Both the position numbers and the translations under genes were made by a program. A stretch of DNA of 64,000 nucleotides from Azolla caroliniana (taxonomy: Eukaryota > Plantae > Polypodiophyta): the NCBI GenBank assembly GCA_043228905.1, contig JBHGNT010000006.1:15190001-15254000 (forward strand). Direction: 5' to 3'. A model generated the notes under the pieces. That model saw only the letters and a list, made by a program, of their open reading frames with translations, was not told the origin of the DNA and made no database searches. Positions 50,251 to 62,810 of this stretch are shown here, in pieces. Each line of letters begins with the position of its first letter. The stretch's first letter is position 1.

Positions 50251-53200
50251 ATGGACGAATCATTTGGCGGCATGTTCAAGCTCACCGGCTCCAACTATTC
50301 AGTATGGAAGTCGAAGATGAGGGACACGCTTGTTGTTAAAGACCTCTGGCTGCCGGTTCAGTTCGGGGACAAGAGACCGGACAAAATCGACGCCGCGATA
50401 TGGGAGGTGATGCACATGAAGACAACGGCTCCCTCCTGGATAGCTGGGAGACGTTGGTTGTCACTTTGGGCAGCGCCGGGCCGGAAGGAAAACGGTTATC
50501 CCTAGCAAGAGTAAAGTCGAGCTTGCTAGATGAGGAGGCGCGTCAGAAAGACAAAGATACAAGCTCCGACTCCAAAGCGCTTCTTACCGAATCGGAATGT
50601 GGAAGACATAGAAACCGTAGTCCCCAAAACTGGGAGAAGTTGGGGACATGGTCAAAGTCAAGGGGGAGGCCTACTTGCTTCTATTGCGGCAAGCTGGGAC
50701 ACTTCCAAAAGAACTGTCGGCATTTCCGTAAAGACAAGGAAACCGACGATACCGATTCGAAGCAAACCTCAGACCGGAACGGTAAAGACCGAAAGGGGCC
50801 GGACCGGAAGGGAACGACGGCAATCGCGGCAAGCGAAGAAGAGTTGATGCTCATCACCGAGGAGAGTGAAATAAACCTTGCCGGGGACGAGATAACCTGG
50901 GTGGTAGACTCCGGAGCGTCGTTCCACCTTACCCCGGACCGGAAATGCTTCTCATCCTATTCAGCTGGTGATCATGACTGTGTTCGGATGGGGAATGAAG
51001 GAACATGCCGAATTGTCGGCATAGGAGATGTGTGGCTGACAACACCAACCGGATGCAAGTTGTTGCTGAAGGATGTCCGACACGTTCCAGAAGTTCGTCT
51101 GAACCTGATATCAGCTGGTCGGCTAGATGATGAAGGCTACACGGGTAGCATCCGGAACGGTGTTATGAAGTTCAGCAAAGGGAGCCTGATTGTGGCTCAG
51201 GCCCGGAAGGTAAGCACACTGTACCTGATGAATGCCCGGTTATGTCCGGAAGAAGTGAATGTGGCATCTGACACTGCTGGTGAGCTGTGGCACAAGAGGC
51301 TGTGTCATATGAGCGAGAAGGGGATGAAGAGGCTTGCAGACGACAACGTCATTCCAGTGAAGAACGTGCACTTAGAGAAGTGCACTGATTGTCTGGCCGG
51401 TAAGCAGAACCGGACCTCCTTCCGACCAAGGCCACCGATGAGACGTAATGCACCACTGGAGTTGGTGCATATGGATGTGTGTCAGGTAGACATGAAGTCA
51501 CATGACGGAGCGCAGTACTTCGTGACTTTCATAGATGACCACAGCCGGAAGCTGTGGGCCACACCGTTGAAGACGAAGGATCAGGTGCTATCCGTCTTCA
51601 AAGAGCTCCACGGGAGAGTGGAAAGAGAAACCGGCCGGAAGCTGAAGGCGGTTCGAGCAGATAACGGAGGAGAGTACCGAGGGTAGTTTGAGGAGTACTG
51701 CCGCTCGAAGGGAATCCGGCTCGAATTTACCGTGCCGAAGACGCCGGAACTAAACGGTCTGGCCGAGAGGATGAACCGGACCATAATGGAGAAGGTCCGG
51801 AGTATGCTAGCGCATGCAAAACTACCCAAGAAGTTTTGGGCTGAGGCATTGTCGACGGCAACATATGTGATAAACAGATCACCCTCAGTACCCTTGGACG
51901 GAGACACGCCACAGAGAGTATGGACCGGTAAGGAAGTGTCCTACCGGCATCTGAAGGTGTTCGGGTGTCTCGCGTACGTGCATGTAGCAAAGGACCGGAG
52001 AGGAAAGTTAGATCCAAAGACCCGGCCATGCATATTCCTTGGTTACGGTGACGATGAGTTCGGCTACCGAGTCTGGGACCCGGTCGACAAGAAGGTATTC
52101 CGGAGTCGAGATATTATCTTCATGGAGAACAAGACGCTTGCCGACTTGGAGTCGGAGAAGAAGATAATGAACTCCGAGTCGACCGGTAAGGATAGACCCT
52201 ACGATGAGCAGACCCAACCGGCAAGAGACCGATTAGCACTCGAGGGACCAGCCGATTATGGTGAGGATACCGAACAGGCTGAAGAAGAAATAGTGGAAGC
52301 TGAAACCGGAACCGGCCTAGACCCCGAATCGGATTCAGATGAAGAGCAGATGGACGAGGCGGTTACCGAAGCCCGAAGACGGAGATATCCTCTCAGAGAG
52401 AGAAGGGCGCCCCGGAGATTTCCGGATGCAGAGCATGTTCTGCTGACTGATGAGGGGGAGTCGGAAAGCTTCGAAGAAGCGAAGGAAGACACCCACAACC
52501 GAAAATGGTTAAGTGCCATGCAGGATGAGATGGATTCCCTGCATGAGAACCATACGTACGAATTGGTGGAGTTGCCGAAAGGAAAGCGGGCACTTCGAAA
52601 CAAGTGGGTCTAGAAGTTGAAACCGGGAGATGCCGGGAACCCCCCGAGATACAAAGCCAGGATCGTGGTGAAGGGGTTCCAGCAGAAGAAGGGCGTGGAC
52701 TTCGACGAAATATTTGCCCTGCTAGTAAAGATGACCTCCATCCGGACGGTGCTGAGTATAGCAGCAAGCATGGATCTCGAGGTTGAGCAGCTGGACGTCA
52801 AGACGACATTCCTTCACGGCGACCTCGAAGAGGAGATCTACATGCAGCAACCGGAAGGTTTCGTGGAGAAAGGGAAGGAGCACCTGGTATGCCGGTTGAA
52901 GAAGAGCCTGTACGGACTGAAGTAGGCTCCCCGACAATGGTACCGGAAGTTCTACTCCTTCATGACCTATCAAGGGTACCACAAGACGCAGGCCCATCAC
53001 TGCGTGTTTGTGAAGAAGTTTGAAGGAGGGGACTTCCTGATACTCCTCTTCTACGTAGATGACATGTTGACTGTCGGACGGGACCAAGTCAAAATACGGA
53101 TGCTGAAGAAGGCTCTCAACCGGACCTTCTCAATGAAAGACTTGGGTCCGGCAAGACAAATGTTGGGGATGCACATCATCCGGAACCGTTCAGCGAAGCA

Positions 53201-54029
53201 ATTATGGCTGTCACAGGAGAAGTATGTGACAAAGGTGCTTCACCGGTTCAACATGTCAGAAGCGAAACCGGTCGGATCGACACTTCCGGCAAGCTGCAGG
53301 CTATCCAGCAAGCAAAGCCCAAAGACGAAAGCAGAGAAGGCGGATACGATGAAGATTCCATATGCCTCTGCCGTCGGGAGCTTGATGTACGCAATGGTGT
53401 GTACCCGACCGGATATAGGATACGCAGTCGGAGTGGTGAGCCGGTTCATGAGTAATCCCGGCAAGGAGCACTGGAACGCGGTAAAATGGATACTCTGTTA
53501 TTTGAAGGGCACTTCAAATATGTGTCTCCGATTCGGCTCTGGAAAACCTCAACTAGACGGTTTCACCGATTCGGACATGTCGGCTGATGTGGATACTAGC
53601 CGGTCTACATCCGGGTATGTGATGACATATGCAGGGGGAGCTGTTTCGTGGCAGTCGAGGCTGCAGAAGACGGTTGCATTGTTAACCACGGAGGCGGAGT
53701 ACATGGCAGCTGTGGAAGCCGGCAAGGAAATCTTATGGATGAAGGACTTCATCGGTGAGCTCGGTATACGGCAAGAGGAATACCGACTCTATTGCGACAG
53801 TCGAAGTGCCATCCACCTTGCTAAGAATGCGGCCTACCATTCCCGGACGAAGCATATCCAGCGGAGGTATCACTGTATCCGGGAAAGAGTAGATGACCCG
53901 GAGTTCGCACTGACGAAGATCCACACGGCCGAGAACGGGTCAGATATGCTGACCAAAGTGCTGACACCCGACAAGCTAGATGCATGCCGGAAGAGAATCA
54001 GACTGGTAAGACGCCCCATGCCGGAGTGA
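50251..54029 (+). pseudogene. D2 gag-pol with a gag deletion (~50430) and three TAG stops
   Basis: CFYCGKLGHFQKNC, VVDSGAS, ADNGGEY, YVDD, FTDSD; stops at about 51684, 52611 and 52923. Confidence 0.93.
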
Positions 54030-54115
54030 AGGGGGAGTTTGTTGGGAGACAGGTCCCTCCGGATGGGAAGGGAGAAGAACAGTGCTAACGAACAAACTCG
54101 GCCGAGGCCGAAACG

Positions 54116-54439
54116 GTATGAGGAGAACCCGGCTACGGAGAGCCGGATGATATAGACCCGGTGAAGACCGGATGAGGAGTACCTGGCTACGGAGAGCCGG
54201 ATGGTGCAGGCCCGGTGTGAACCGGATGAGGAGTACCCGGCTACGGAGAGTCGGATGGTACAAGCATGGTGTGAACCGGATGAGGAGTACCCGGCTACGG
54301 AGAGCCGGATGGTGCAGGCCCGATGTGAACCGGATCAGGAGTACCCGGCTACGGAGAGTCGGATGGTGCAGGCCCGGTGTGAACCGGATGAGGAGTACCC
54401 GGCTACGGAGAGCCGGATGGTGTAGAACCGGTGAGAACC
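54116..54439 (+). repeat. 54-bp tandem array in the D2 3' LTR (6 units)
   Basis: Same unit; LTR length difference is 108 bp = 2 units. Confidence 0.9.
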
Positions 54440-55601
54440 GGAGGAAGAGACATATTCGTAAATATGTTTCTGAGAGCCCATCGAGGCTATATTTGTAAAT
54501 AGCCGAAAAGTCATATTAGTATAAATATGACTTAGGGCAAACTTTTAGTATGTGTTGTCATTTTCTTGTTGGTGCAAGAAGAAGAGAGAGCACGCAACAG
54601 TGTACAGAGAGAGAGAGAGAGAGAGAAAGAGGTCGCTGCCTCTGTTGTAACCGCCGCCTGTGGCGAATATCGTGAGCACGAGGTCGTTGCCTTTGTGAAC
54701 TCACTGTTTTGTACATTCCAACTTAGTGATAGTTTGCAGCCTGTGGGCTGCCGTGGTTTTTCCCTCTTTGGGTTTTCCACGTAAACATTCTGTGTACCCT
54801 TTTTCTCTCCTTTGTGTTGCGTGTTTTTCGTTTCCTGTTTCCTGTGTATGAAAAGAAGCTCGGTTGTGGCCGAGCGTTGTGTATAAGGAGCGTTGAGTTC
54901 CCGTCAGAAAACCGGTGGAAAGAGGGCGACGAAGTTTACATCCTGGATAAAGAAAGCATTGAAGCAATAAAAGATGAACTGTCAGATGATTTCATACCCT
55001 TGGGTGATGAGCAGAGGGTGGCGGTACGCCAGTTGGTGGCACAGCTGGATCATGACCAGTTGGACAACCAACTCCGTTTCGAAAAGTACGAATGGGAACG
55101 ACAACGACAAGAAGTTGCCAAGACAACTGCGGCGATTAGCATTAGTGACGAGGAGCCATCTTTAGCACAAACCCCGGTTAAAGCCGAGGGAAGCCAACCA
55201 GATAGTACTAAGGAGGAGCCGCTAAAGGAAGGTCATTTGTAGGAACTAGTGCACGTCAGACAACAGAACCAGGAGACGCCAAGGCCAGTAGAGCCGGAAA
55301 AGGAGAAAGAGCCGGTAAGTCCAATTGAGCCAAAAATGGAGACAGAGTCAGTCAGACCGACGGAGCCGCATGCAACAGACGTCAACCAACAACAACCACA
55401 ACTAGAGTCGGAGCGGCAAGAAGAGCAGCCACAACCACAGGAATAGGAGGAGGAGGAACAACATCAGTAGCAGACGACAGAATAGCTTCCCGAGGAACCA
55501 TTGGAACCCTTAGATCAAAGCATTCTAGACATTTTGGAGGATGAATGAAGGCTGGATCATGGGATTCGACGTACAAGGTATTGTCCCATTGGCGTGCCAT
55601 G

Positions 55602-56069
55602 TGTTAGCCGGCCGGCAAGGGAAGTCTAGAATGGGAAATGGGGGATAATTAATAACCTGGAGCTGATTATATATATAGAATTATTAGGATTTTAGAAGCA
55701 AATGGACGGACACGGAATCGGTATGCCGATCCGGATCCGGACCGGTTCGTAGCCGGTTCCCGGTTGGCACCGGTTTGTACCTAGAGCCAGAGACCTATAA
55801 AAGGGCCCGATTAAATTGTAATCAGGAGAGGATAATTAATAGAGTGTTGTTGTTCTGTATCTTAATCATTGTTAATTACCGTTCTGATTACAATTTAATC
55901 GGGCCCTTTTGTAGGTCTCCAGCTCTAGGTACAAACCGGTGCCAACCGGCAACTGGCTACGAACCGGTGGGGATCTGGATCGGCATACCGATTCCAGGTC
56001 CGTCTGTTCGCTTCTCAAATCATAATAATTATATATATATATAATCAGCTCCTGGTTATTAATTATCCC
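55602..56069. repeat. Fold-back of two partial family-C LTR copies (55602-55887 plus, 55885-56069 minus)
   Basis: TGTTAGCCGGCCGGCAAGGGAAGT start matches the rc of 63329; orientation flips at ctg. Confidence 0.88.
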
Positions 56070-56250
56070 ATCGTGGTCGCCAAAAGGTGTTGTACGTTTT
56101 AGGGTTAGGGTTAATGGTAATGATGATTGGTGATGGAGATGGTGTGTTTGATAAGGATGATGAGCGTTATGGGATTGATGGTGAGAGAGACGACAAACAT
56201 TGAGAAGCATTGTGGGGTGGGGGGTATACATGGCTATACTCATGGAGTAC

Positions 56251-56739
56251 TCAAGCCATTTCCCGAAACAAGAGGTCTTCTCCGCCTTGCGTGCGGTACA
56301 CCTTGCTGCCCAGGGAGTATTCCCCAAAATACCTCATCAGTAGCTCCTGCGAAGGGTTGTTGATCGAGTAGATCCACCCTTCCAGCAGGCCGGTCATGGT
56401 TCGGATGGCTTCCTCGGTGATGACCTCCGTGTCGATGTCTTTAATGACATTTTCCGCATCTCCGTGTGGCGGTGCTTCGACTATCCTCAAGAATCCCTCG
56501 AGACTGTGTTGCTTCAGCCATTTCTTAGCCGCTTCAGAGAATACCATGCATTTCATGTCGTTGTCGGAGTCGTTAGATTGTGGTAAGATTGGTGCGCCTG
56601 TGTGTTTTGCGTGCTCTCGCCTGATCACTCGTAATCGCCTGTGTGCACTGAGATCTCTGTGTTCGCGAAATGAAAGGGACTCTACGCGGCGAAGGTTTTC
56701 TTTCTCCATGCGTGGCGCCTTTTCTTGATTCCCGCGCAT
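56251..56739 (-). CDS. Extra ORF downstream of pol in element C (N-terminal fragment, unknown function)
   Basis: 162-aa ORF in the element sense, about 300 bp after the integrase; no family recognised. Confidence 0.5.
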   Translation of the reverse strand: MRGNQEKAPRMEKENLRRVESLSFREHRDLSAHRRLRVIRREHAKHTGAPILPQSNDSDNDMKCMVFSEAAKKWLKQHSLEGFLRIVEAPPHGDAENVIKDIDTEVITEEAIRTMTGLLEGWIYSINNPSQELLMRYFGEYSLGSKVYRTQGGEDLLFREMA

Positions 56740-56999
56740 GCACGTCCTGTACTAATATAGCAGTCGGTTGACATGTGGTGCGCCTTTTTTAAAGGCTTTA
56801 ATTAGCCACCCACCACACTTTTTCAAAGTGCTCATTAGCTCCTCGCCTCTGCATGATGACTTTTCTTTTTCTTTTTCTTGGTCTTTTTTTTTTTTCAAAT
56901 TGAGTTTTAGTTAACCGGAAGCACCGGGTCCGTATCCCAGTTTTTCCCCATATTTACGTTTGCCGGCTACTTGTTTGTCGTTATCCGGTACCATCGGCT

Positions 57000-59900
57000 C
57001 TGCTTGATTGTCGGGTACTTTTTTCCTGCTTCCTATTGTTGCATCAACCTCCGTCTGCTTGAACGGATTCTGTGGCATAGGTCCACAATATGGTTTGAGT
57101 CAAAACCCATTGACCCATTTGCTCATTATCTCACAGGCGAGCGTTCCAAGTTGGTATGACCCGTTGAATTCCTGCGTTATCCAATACGGCTCGGTCCACC
57201 GGAACCGTAGCTTTCCCGGCATCTGACCCATCCGGGTCTGGAACACCAGTACCGGCTTGCCGATCCCAAACATCTTCTCATTGCCCTTCCGGTGCTGATC
57301 GACAAACGTCTTCCTTCGTCGTTGCTCCACTTCCAACTACATGAGACTTGCTATCCGATGCTCCTCGAGTTTGCATAATGCGGCTAACCGGATTTTTTCC
57401 GATTCCTTTTCACTTAGTCGTTCTCTAACCTATATCTGCAAACTCGGAACCTGAAATTCGATTGGCATTACTGCTTCAAGACCAAATGCTAACCGGAATG
57501 GTGTGGACCGGATACTCGTTTTGTATGCCGTCCGGTATGCCCATAGTGCCCTATGCAGCTTGGTGTCCCAATCGGTCCGGTTTTCATTGACGATCTTTCG
57601 CAGGATGTTTTGGAGCGTTTTGTTTGTGGATTCGTCTAGTCCATTGGTCTGTGGATAGAAAGTCGTTAAGCTCTCCACTACTTGACCAAGAAAATGTCTG
57701 CCTTGGTCGTTAATTAACTCGATCGGGCATCCATATTGCCACCAGATGTACTCATATAAGAACTTTGCCGTTGATGCCGTTGTGTTGTCCCGCAACGCCT
57801 TAGGTTCTACCCACTTGGTGCAATAATCTGTGGCGACTATAACATACCTGTTGCCGGTTCTCATTGCCGGAGGTTTAAATGGCCCAACGAAGTCGAGCCC
57901 CCATTTCTGAAATGGCTCTAAGGGTAGCATTGGCTAGTGAGGCATCCTTGCTTGTTCTGTTGGTTGGCCCATCCGTTGACATAAATCACAGACTTTCGCG
58001 TACCGAACCGAGTCCTTCAGTGTCGTCAGCCACCATAACCCGTTGTGCCATATCGTTCTTACCGTAGAGTCCCCGGCATAGTGCCCTCCGGCAACGCCAC
58101 AATGCGCTTCTCGTAATATTGTGTCCTTTTCGTCACTTCGCACTGCTCGCCGCCATATGCCATCCGTGCCTTTGTGGTAAAGGGTGTCTTGTAGTAGACA
58201 AAAATGTCGGCTTTGTACTGCTAACCGTTTTCGCTCATCCCGGTTCATCACCTCTGGTGGGAGTCCCGTGCTTAGGAATTGATGCATGTTGGTTAGCCAT
58301 TTGTCTTCGTCGACTACCGTGCTATCGGTTGCCGTTTTTGTTGTTACTTTAAACAACTGGGCATCCGGAAACTCATCCGGGACTCCATCACCAGTCTCGC
58401 CGGAATCTAACCGGCTTAGATAATCGGCAACCGCATGTTGTATTCCCGGCCGATGATATATTTCGAACTCAAACTCTTGTAGCAACAATGTCCATCGGCC
58501 CAGCTTGTCGATGAGCGATGCCTTTGAAACCAAATATAATAGCGCGGAATGGTCGACATGAAATGAAAATTTCTTTCCCAATAAATAATGCCTGAACTTG
58601 GTAACACTGTAAATCATCCCTAAGGCTTCTCTTTCCGTTGTTGAATAATTTCGTTCTGCTTGGGATAGCTTTCGGCTAGAATAATAGACCGGTCGGTACC
58701 ATTTCGGTTTAGTCAGTTGCATTAGTGCGCTGCCGATTGCTATGTCGGACGCATCAACGAACACGTGGAATTCTTTTGACTAGTTCGGTGGTTGCATCAC
58801 CGATGCTTGTGATAGTTGTACTTGGGTGAAAGCATGGGAATGGGAACAATTAGCTATGTCCTTGACATAGCTAATTAGCTATCTAATTAGCTACATGTAA
58901 TCTGTATATTTTGGCAATTTTAGGGATGATTAGAATTTGATCTCAAATAAAGACTAGCTAAACTGTGGACCATAAATGGTAATATTTCCATCCCCATCAT
59001 AAATGATACGTATCTTTAAGATCTTCCTACTAAAAATTAGCTATAAAAAAAACTATTTAGCTGTGGTCAATTTACTAGCTAAATAGCTATAATAGTGTTT
59101 CCATTCGCATGCTTTCACCCACTTTCAGTGCCCAGTAAGCCTCATCCTCCGTATTTGTCCATTGGAATGGTGTCTGGTGAACCGCGGCATGCAACAGTGT
59201 AGCAAGATCAGCCAAATACCGGAGCATCCGGCTATGCCATCGGATTTGCCCTAGAAACCAACTCAAAGCTTTGGCCATGGATGGTGCTGGTGCTTCTAAG
59301 ATTTCTTTGACCTTATCGGGGTCTACCGCGATCCCGTCCTTGCTGACAAGATGGCCGAGCAATGCATCGCTTGTTACTCCGAACACACACTTTGCCGGAT
59401 TTAGGCTTAACCGATAACTCCTGCATTTCTCAAGACATAGCCAGAGGTGTTGGAGATGCTCTCCTTCTCGACTATACACGGCGAAGTCATCCTGGAATAC
59501 CTGCATGAATGCTAGAATGAACTCGCCAAATATTTCCATGATTATTCGTTGGAAGGTCGCCGATGCGGTCTTGAGCCTGAACATCATTACCACTGCGACA
59601 AAGACTCCCCATTCAGTGATGAACGCCATTTTGTCTTGGTTGTCGAGGTGCATCCTTATTTGGTTGTAGCCGCTGAAACCGTCTAGAAAGCTATACACTT
59701 CATGACAGGCTACCACGTCCAGGACTCCATCCGTAAATGGAAGTGGAAAGGCGTCATCACTGTTGCCGCATTGAGTTTCCGGTAGTCGACGCACACCCGG
59801 ATCTTACCGTTCTTTTTCGGCACGACGACTATGGGGCTTAACCATGTAGCTTTTTTCACTGGTCGGATAAAACCTACTCGTAGCAACTTATCAATTTCCT

Positions 59901-62810
59901 CTTTGACCTTGGCCGCATAGTTGGGGTTCATTTGGTAACATCGTTGTGCTACTGGTTTGGCATCCTTACTGAGATGTATCTGGTGTTGGTACAACTAAGG
60001 ATCCAGCCCCCGCATGTCTTCATATGACCAGGCGAATACATCCCAGAATTCCTTTAATAAAGTGATCATCACCGTCTTGTTGTCTGGTGACATTTCCTTA
60101 GCAATATGAACCGGTCTTGCGTCGTCCCCAGTTCCTAAGTTGACTTCCTCTAATTGGGATGCTTTCACGCGTTGGGATACCACCATCTCCCTCTCCAGAG
60201 GGTATCATCCGATTGCGTTATATATGGTGACACCTCTTCTGCCACATCGATTTCAAATAGGGGTACAATTTTTGGGTTTTCTTCTAAGTATTGGTCAACC
60301 TCTTCGTCCGCAAGCCCTTCGAGCATGTTTACCCCTTCCGCATATAGTGGTGTCAGCTCCTTGCCAGTACTTGCTCGAGCGTGGGTAGGTACCCTTACTT
60401 TAGTCTTTCCTCGCCGGAAGGTAATCATGTTTTTCCACCAGTTTTGTTTGATATGTGCCGTTTGTAGCTGTGGGCGGCCCAACAATAGTGGGTAAGCCCC
60501 TTGCGCATTGAGCTGGAGAACCACCGCCGAAATGCGGAATGCGTGTCCTCCGATAGTTACGTCTAGATCCCGTATCAAGCCGGTAGGTCTTACCGAACTT
60601 GTATCCGCCATCCGGAGCCAAAACAAGCAAGGTTCCCATTCCTGGATTCCCAGGGTATTACAAGACCATAGACTAATCACGCCTGATCCTCCGTCCACAA
60701 TCGTCCCTGGTAGTTCTCGTCCTTTGACGATGGCGGTGATTGCCGGACTGTTCGTGTCCACCACTGCTGGCCCTTCTTCCGGATTTGAGAAGAACGCAGG
60801 AGCCGACAACAAAATTGGTGTGGTCATTCCTGATTTCAACCCTTCCGTAAACCGGGGCATTAGCTGTAATAACCGACCCAATGGCAGGGTAATTTGACAT
60901 TCTTGTAACGCTTGCCATGTGGGTTTTCCGCCTGAATCGCGTCAGTGGATTTTTCTGGTTTCTCCTTTTGTTGTTCAAGCTCAGCTACATTTTGCTCATT
61001 TGCCTTCTTCACCCACTCGGTGGTTTGCTTTCGTATTGCGTCCTGTGTTTCCCACTCCGTTGTTTTGCCTTTTGCCCTGGTGGTGACTTGTTGTATGTCG
61101 GCGACTTCTGCTACCACCAAATTTACGGCTGGTCTTTTCTCGTAACTTTTAACCGGACATTGATTACTGTAATGTGCTTCTTGCCGGCAATAGTAGCAGT
61201 ACGCTTTCCGGGTGTTGCTGGATTCGGCGTTCGCTCCGGTACCCGGTTGAGGTCCTATTGGTGGTCGGTTGGGTGCTTCGCCTTGGTCCGGTTGGGTACT
61301 TGGCGTGCCCTTGTCCGACTGCCACTAGCGGTCCTCCTTTCTAGCGTTCCATTTTTTATTGAAGCGTTTTGCCTTGAGCCTCCCTCCGTTGGTTGTAATC
61401 GGGGGAGTGATCCCAGTTGTATCGCTCATATCGTTCACCGTTTTAATCCTGGTAGCTATCCTACTGGTCTCGGTCAGGAGCGTCCTTTCTGTGTCTCTAT
61501 TTCGGATATCTTGCGTCGACCGATAACGCTCATCTCGCCGCCAACGTTCTTCTTCCTCCTCTCGGTTGCTCCGAGGTTCGATTTGCCTTACCAGTGCCGC
61601 TTGCCGGTTCAGCAAGTTATATTTGCATCGGTCCATTGTGTGCGTCTTGGAATGGCATAACATGCATTGTGTCCGCATGGTACATTCTATTGCCGAGTGC
61701 CCGACATTGAGACAAGTCGTACATTGTAGAGCTTGCCGAAACCGTAAGTCGTCTTCTATCGGTAATGTACGCTGGAGTGCCCCCCTTTTTAGCCACGAGC
61801 TTGTTTTCTCCATCTCCCTAACCCTTTCTATGACTTGGTCGATCGTGCTGGTGCGGAAATCAATCATTGCGCACACCGTACGTAGGGATTCCCGGAGTGC
61901 TGCTAGGAATATTGCCTTAGCCTTTGCCTCTAGTAGTGCCCGATTGAGCTGACTGTGCGTTCGCTGGAACCAGATTACGAATTGCTTAATGGTTTCCGTA
62001 GGTTCTTGCCGTATGGTGTAGAATAGGCCGACCATCTCTCGTTGATCCACCTCCTTGTTGAAGAACTGTAAAAATCTGGTTTTTAAGTCTTCAAACGTTG
62101 TGATGGTGCCAGGAGTGTGCGTTAAGCGCCATTGCGCGGCTGGTTGTTCCAAGGTCATGCCGAACTCTGCCATCTTCGAGTGTTCTGCTTTGGCGGCGGT
62201 CAAGTGTTGCGACACATGGTTTGCTTCCCATGTTTGCAGAAATGCATAGACATGAGCTTCTACGTCCAGATCATCCTAGTACTTGGGATATTGGAATGAC
62301 ATGTCGTCATCCAGTGTCGGAGGTCTCCCCTACGCTTCTTTCGATGTCAGAGGTCTTTCCTCCTCTTCTTGCGGTGTCTCATGTGGCGCTGTCGGAAGTT
62401 GATCTGCCACTTGCCTGTCTGGGGCTTCTAGTTCCGTTAACTCTTCTTGTGTCGGCAAGGTATCCGACTGCTCTTCCTCTGGTTCGTTTGGGGTATCGTG
62501 GCTGCTACGGTAATTCGAATGGGTGCTGCATTTGCCGTTTGAATTGGATTCGAAGGCCGAGAACGGTTCCGAATCGCCGCCCGTGTCTATAGAATGGATT
62601 CCGCATCCTGGAGACTACTCAAACTGCTTCCTTCGTCCGGTTGGGAATTCTACTGCCCACAGAGTGACTCCATGGCCACTCGCCGGATTACCTTGGAAAA
62701 TGAATGATCCGCACGGATCTCTTTTGCCGCATGTTGGAAAGCCTCTCGTTTCCGCAATCATTCGGCAAGTCTTCTTGCTCGCTCCGTAACCGGGTCATTT
62801 GTTGGTCTAG
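57000..62810 (-). pseudogene. Element C gag-pol, fragmented
   Basis: Tandem knuckles CTTCLNVGHSAIEC and CMLCHSKTHTMDRC; PR IVDGGSG; RT CVDYRKLN, LDGFSGYNQI; RH VDAS...RNYSTTERE; INT WGLDFVGP; ends approximate. Confidence 0.9.
58824..59120. mobile_element. MITE (297 bp), ~25-bp TIR, 4-bp TSD
   Basis: GGGTGAAAGCATGGGAATGGGAACA / TGTTTCCATTCGCATGCTTTCACCC; ACTT duplicated (58820-58823, 59121-59124); removal restores the pol frame ALKVQLSQ. Confidence 0.9.

Larger units (their letters stand above)
49462..54906 (+). mobile_element. Ty1/Copia element D2
   Basis: LTRs 49462-50220 and 54040-54906; TSD GAAAA (49457-49461, 54907-54911); PBS-Met 50223-50234; PPT AAGGGGGAG 54029-54037. Confidence 0.97.
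47849..55553 (+). pseudogene. Decayed E/Q/R-rich coiled-coil extra ORF of element C (47849-49461 + 54912-55553), split by D2
   Basis: ORF fragments 47852-48088, 48695-49093, 54912-55242, 55249-55446, separated mostly by TAG stops; product unknown. Confidence 0.65.

Noticed and set aside
49538-54439. Regular repeats resembling a CRISPR array
   Set aside because: Head-to-tail 54-bp units without unique spacers, inside LTRs, with no cas genes
56097-56112. Telomere-like TTTAGGGTTAGGG
   Set aside because: Only two units; treated as telobox-like motifs within an LTR fragment, not an interstitial telomere
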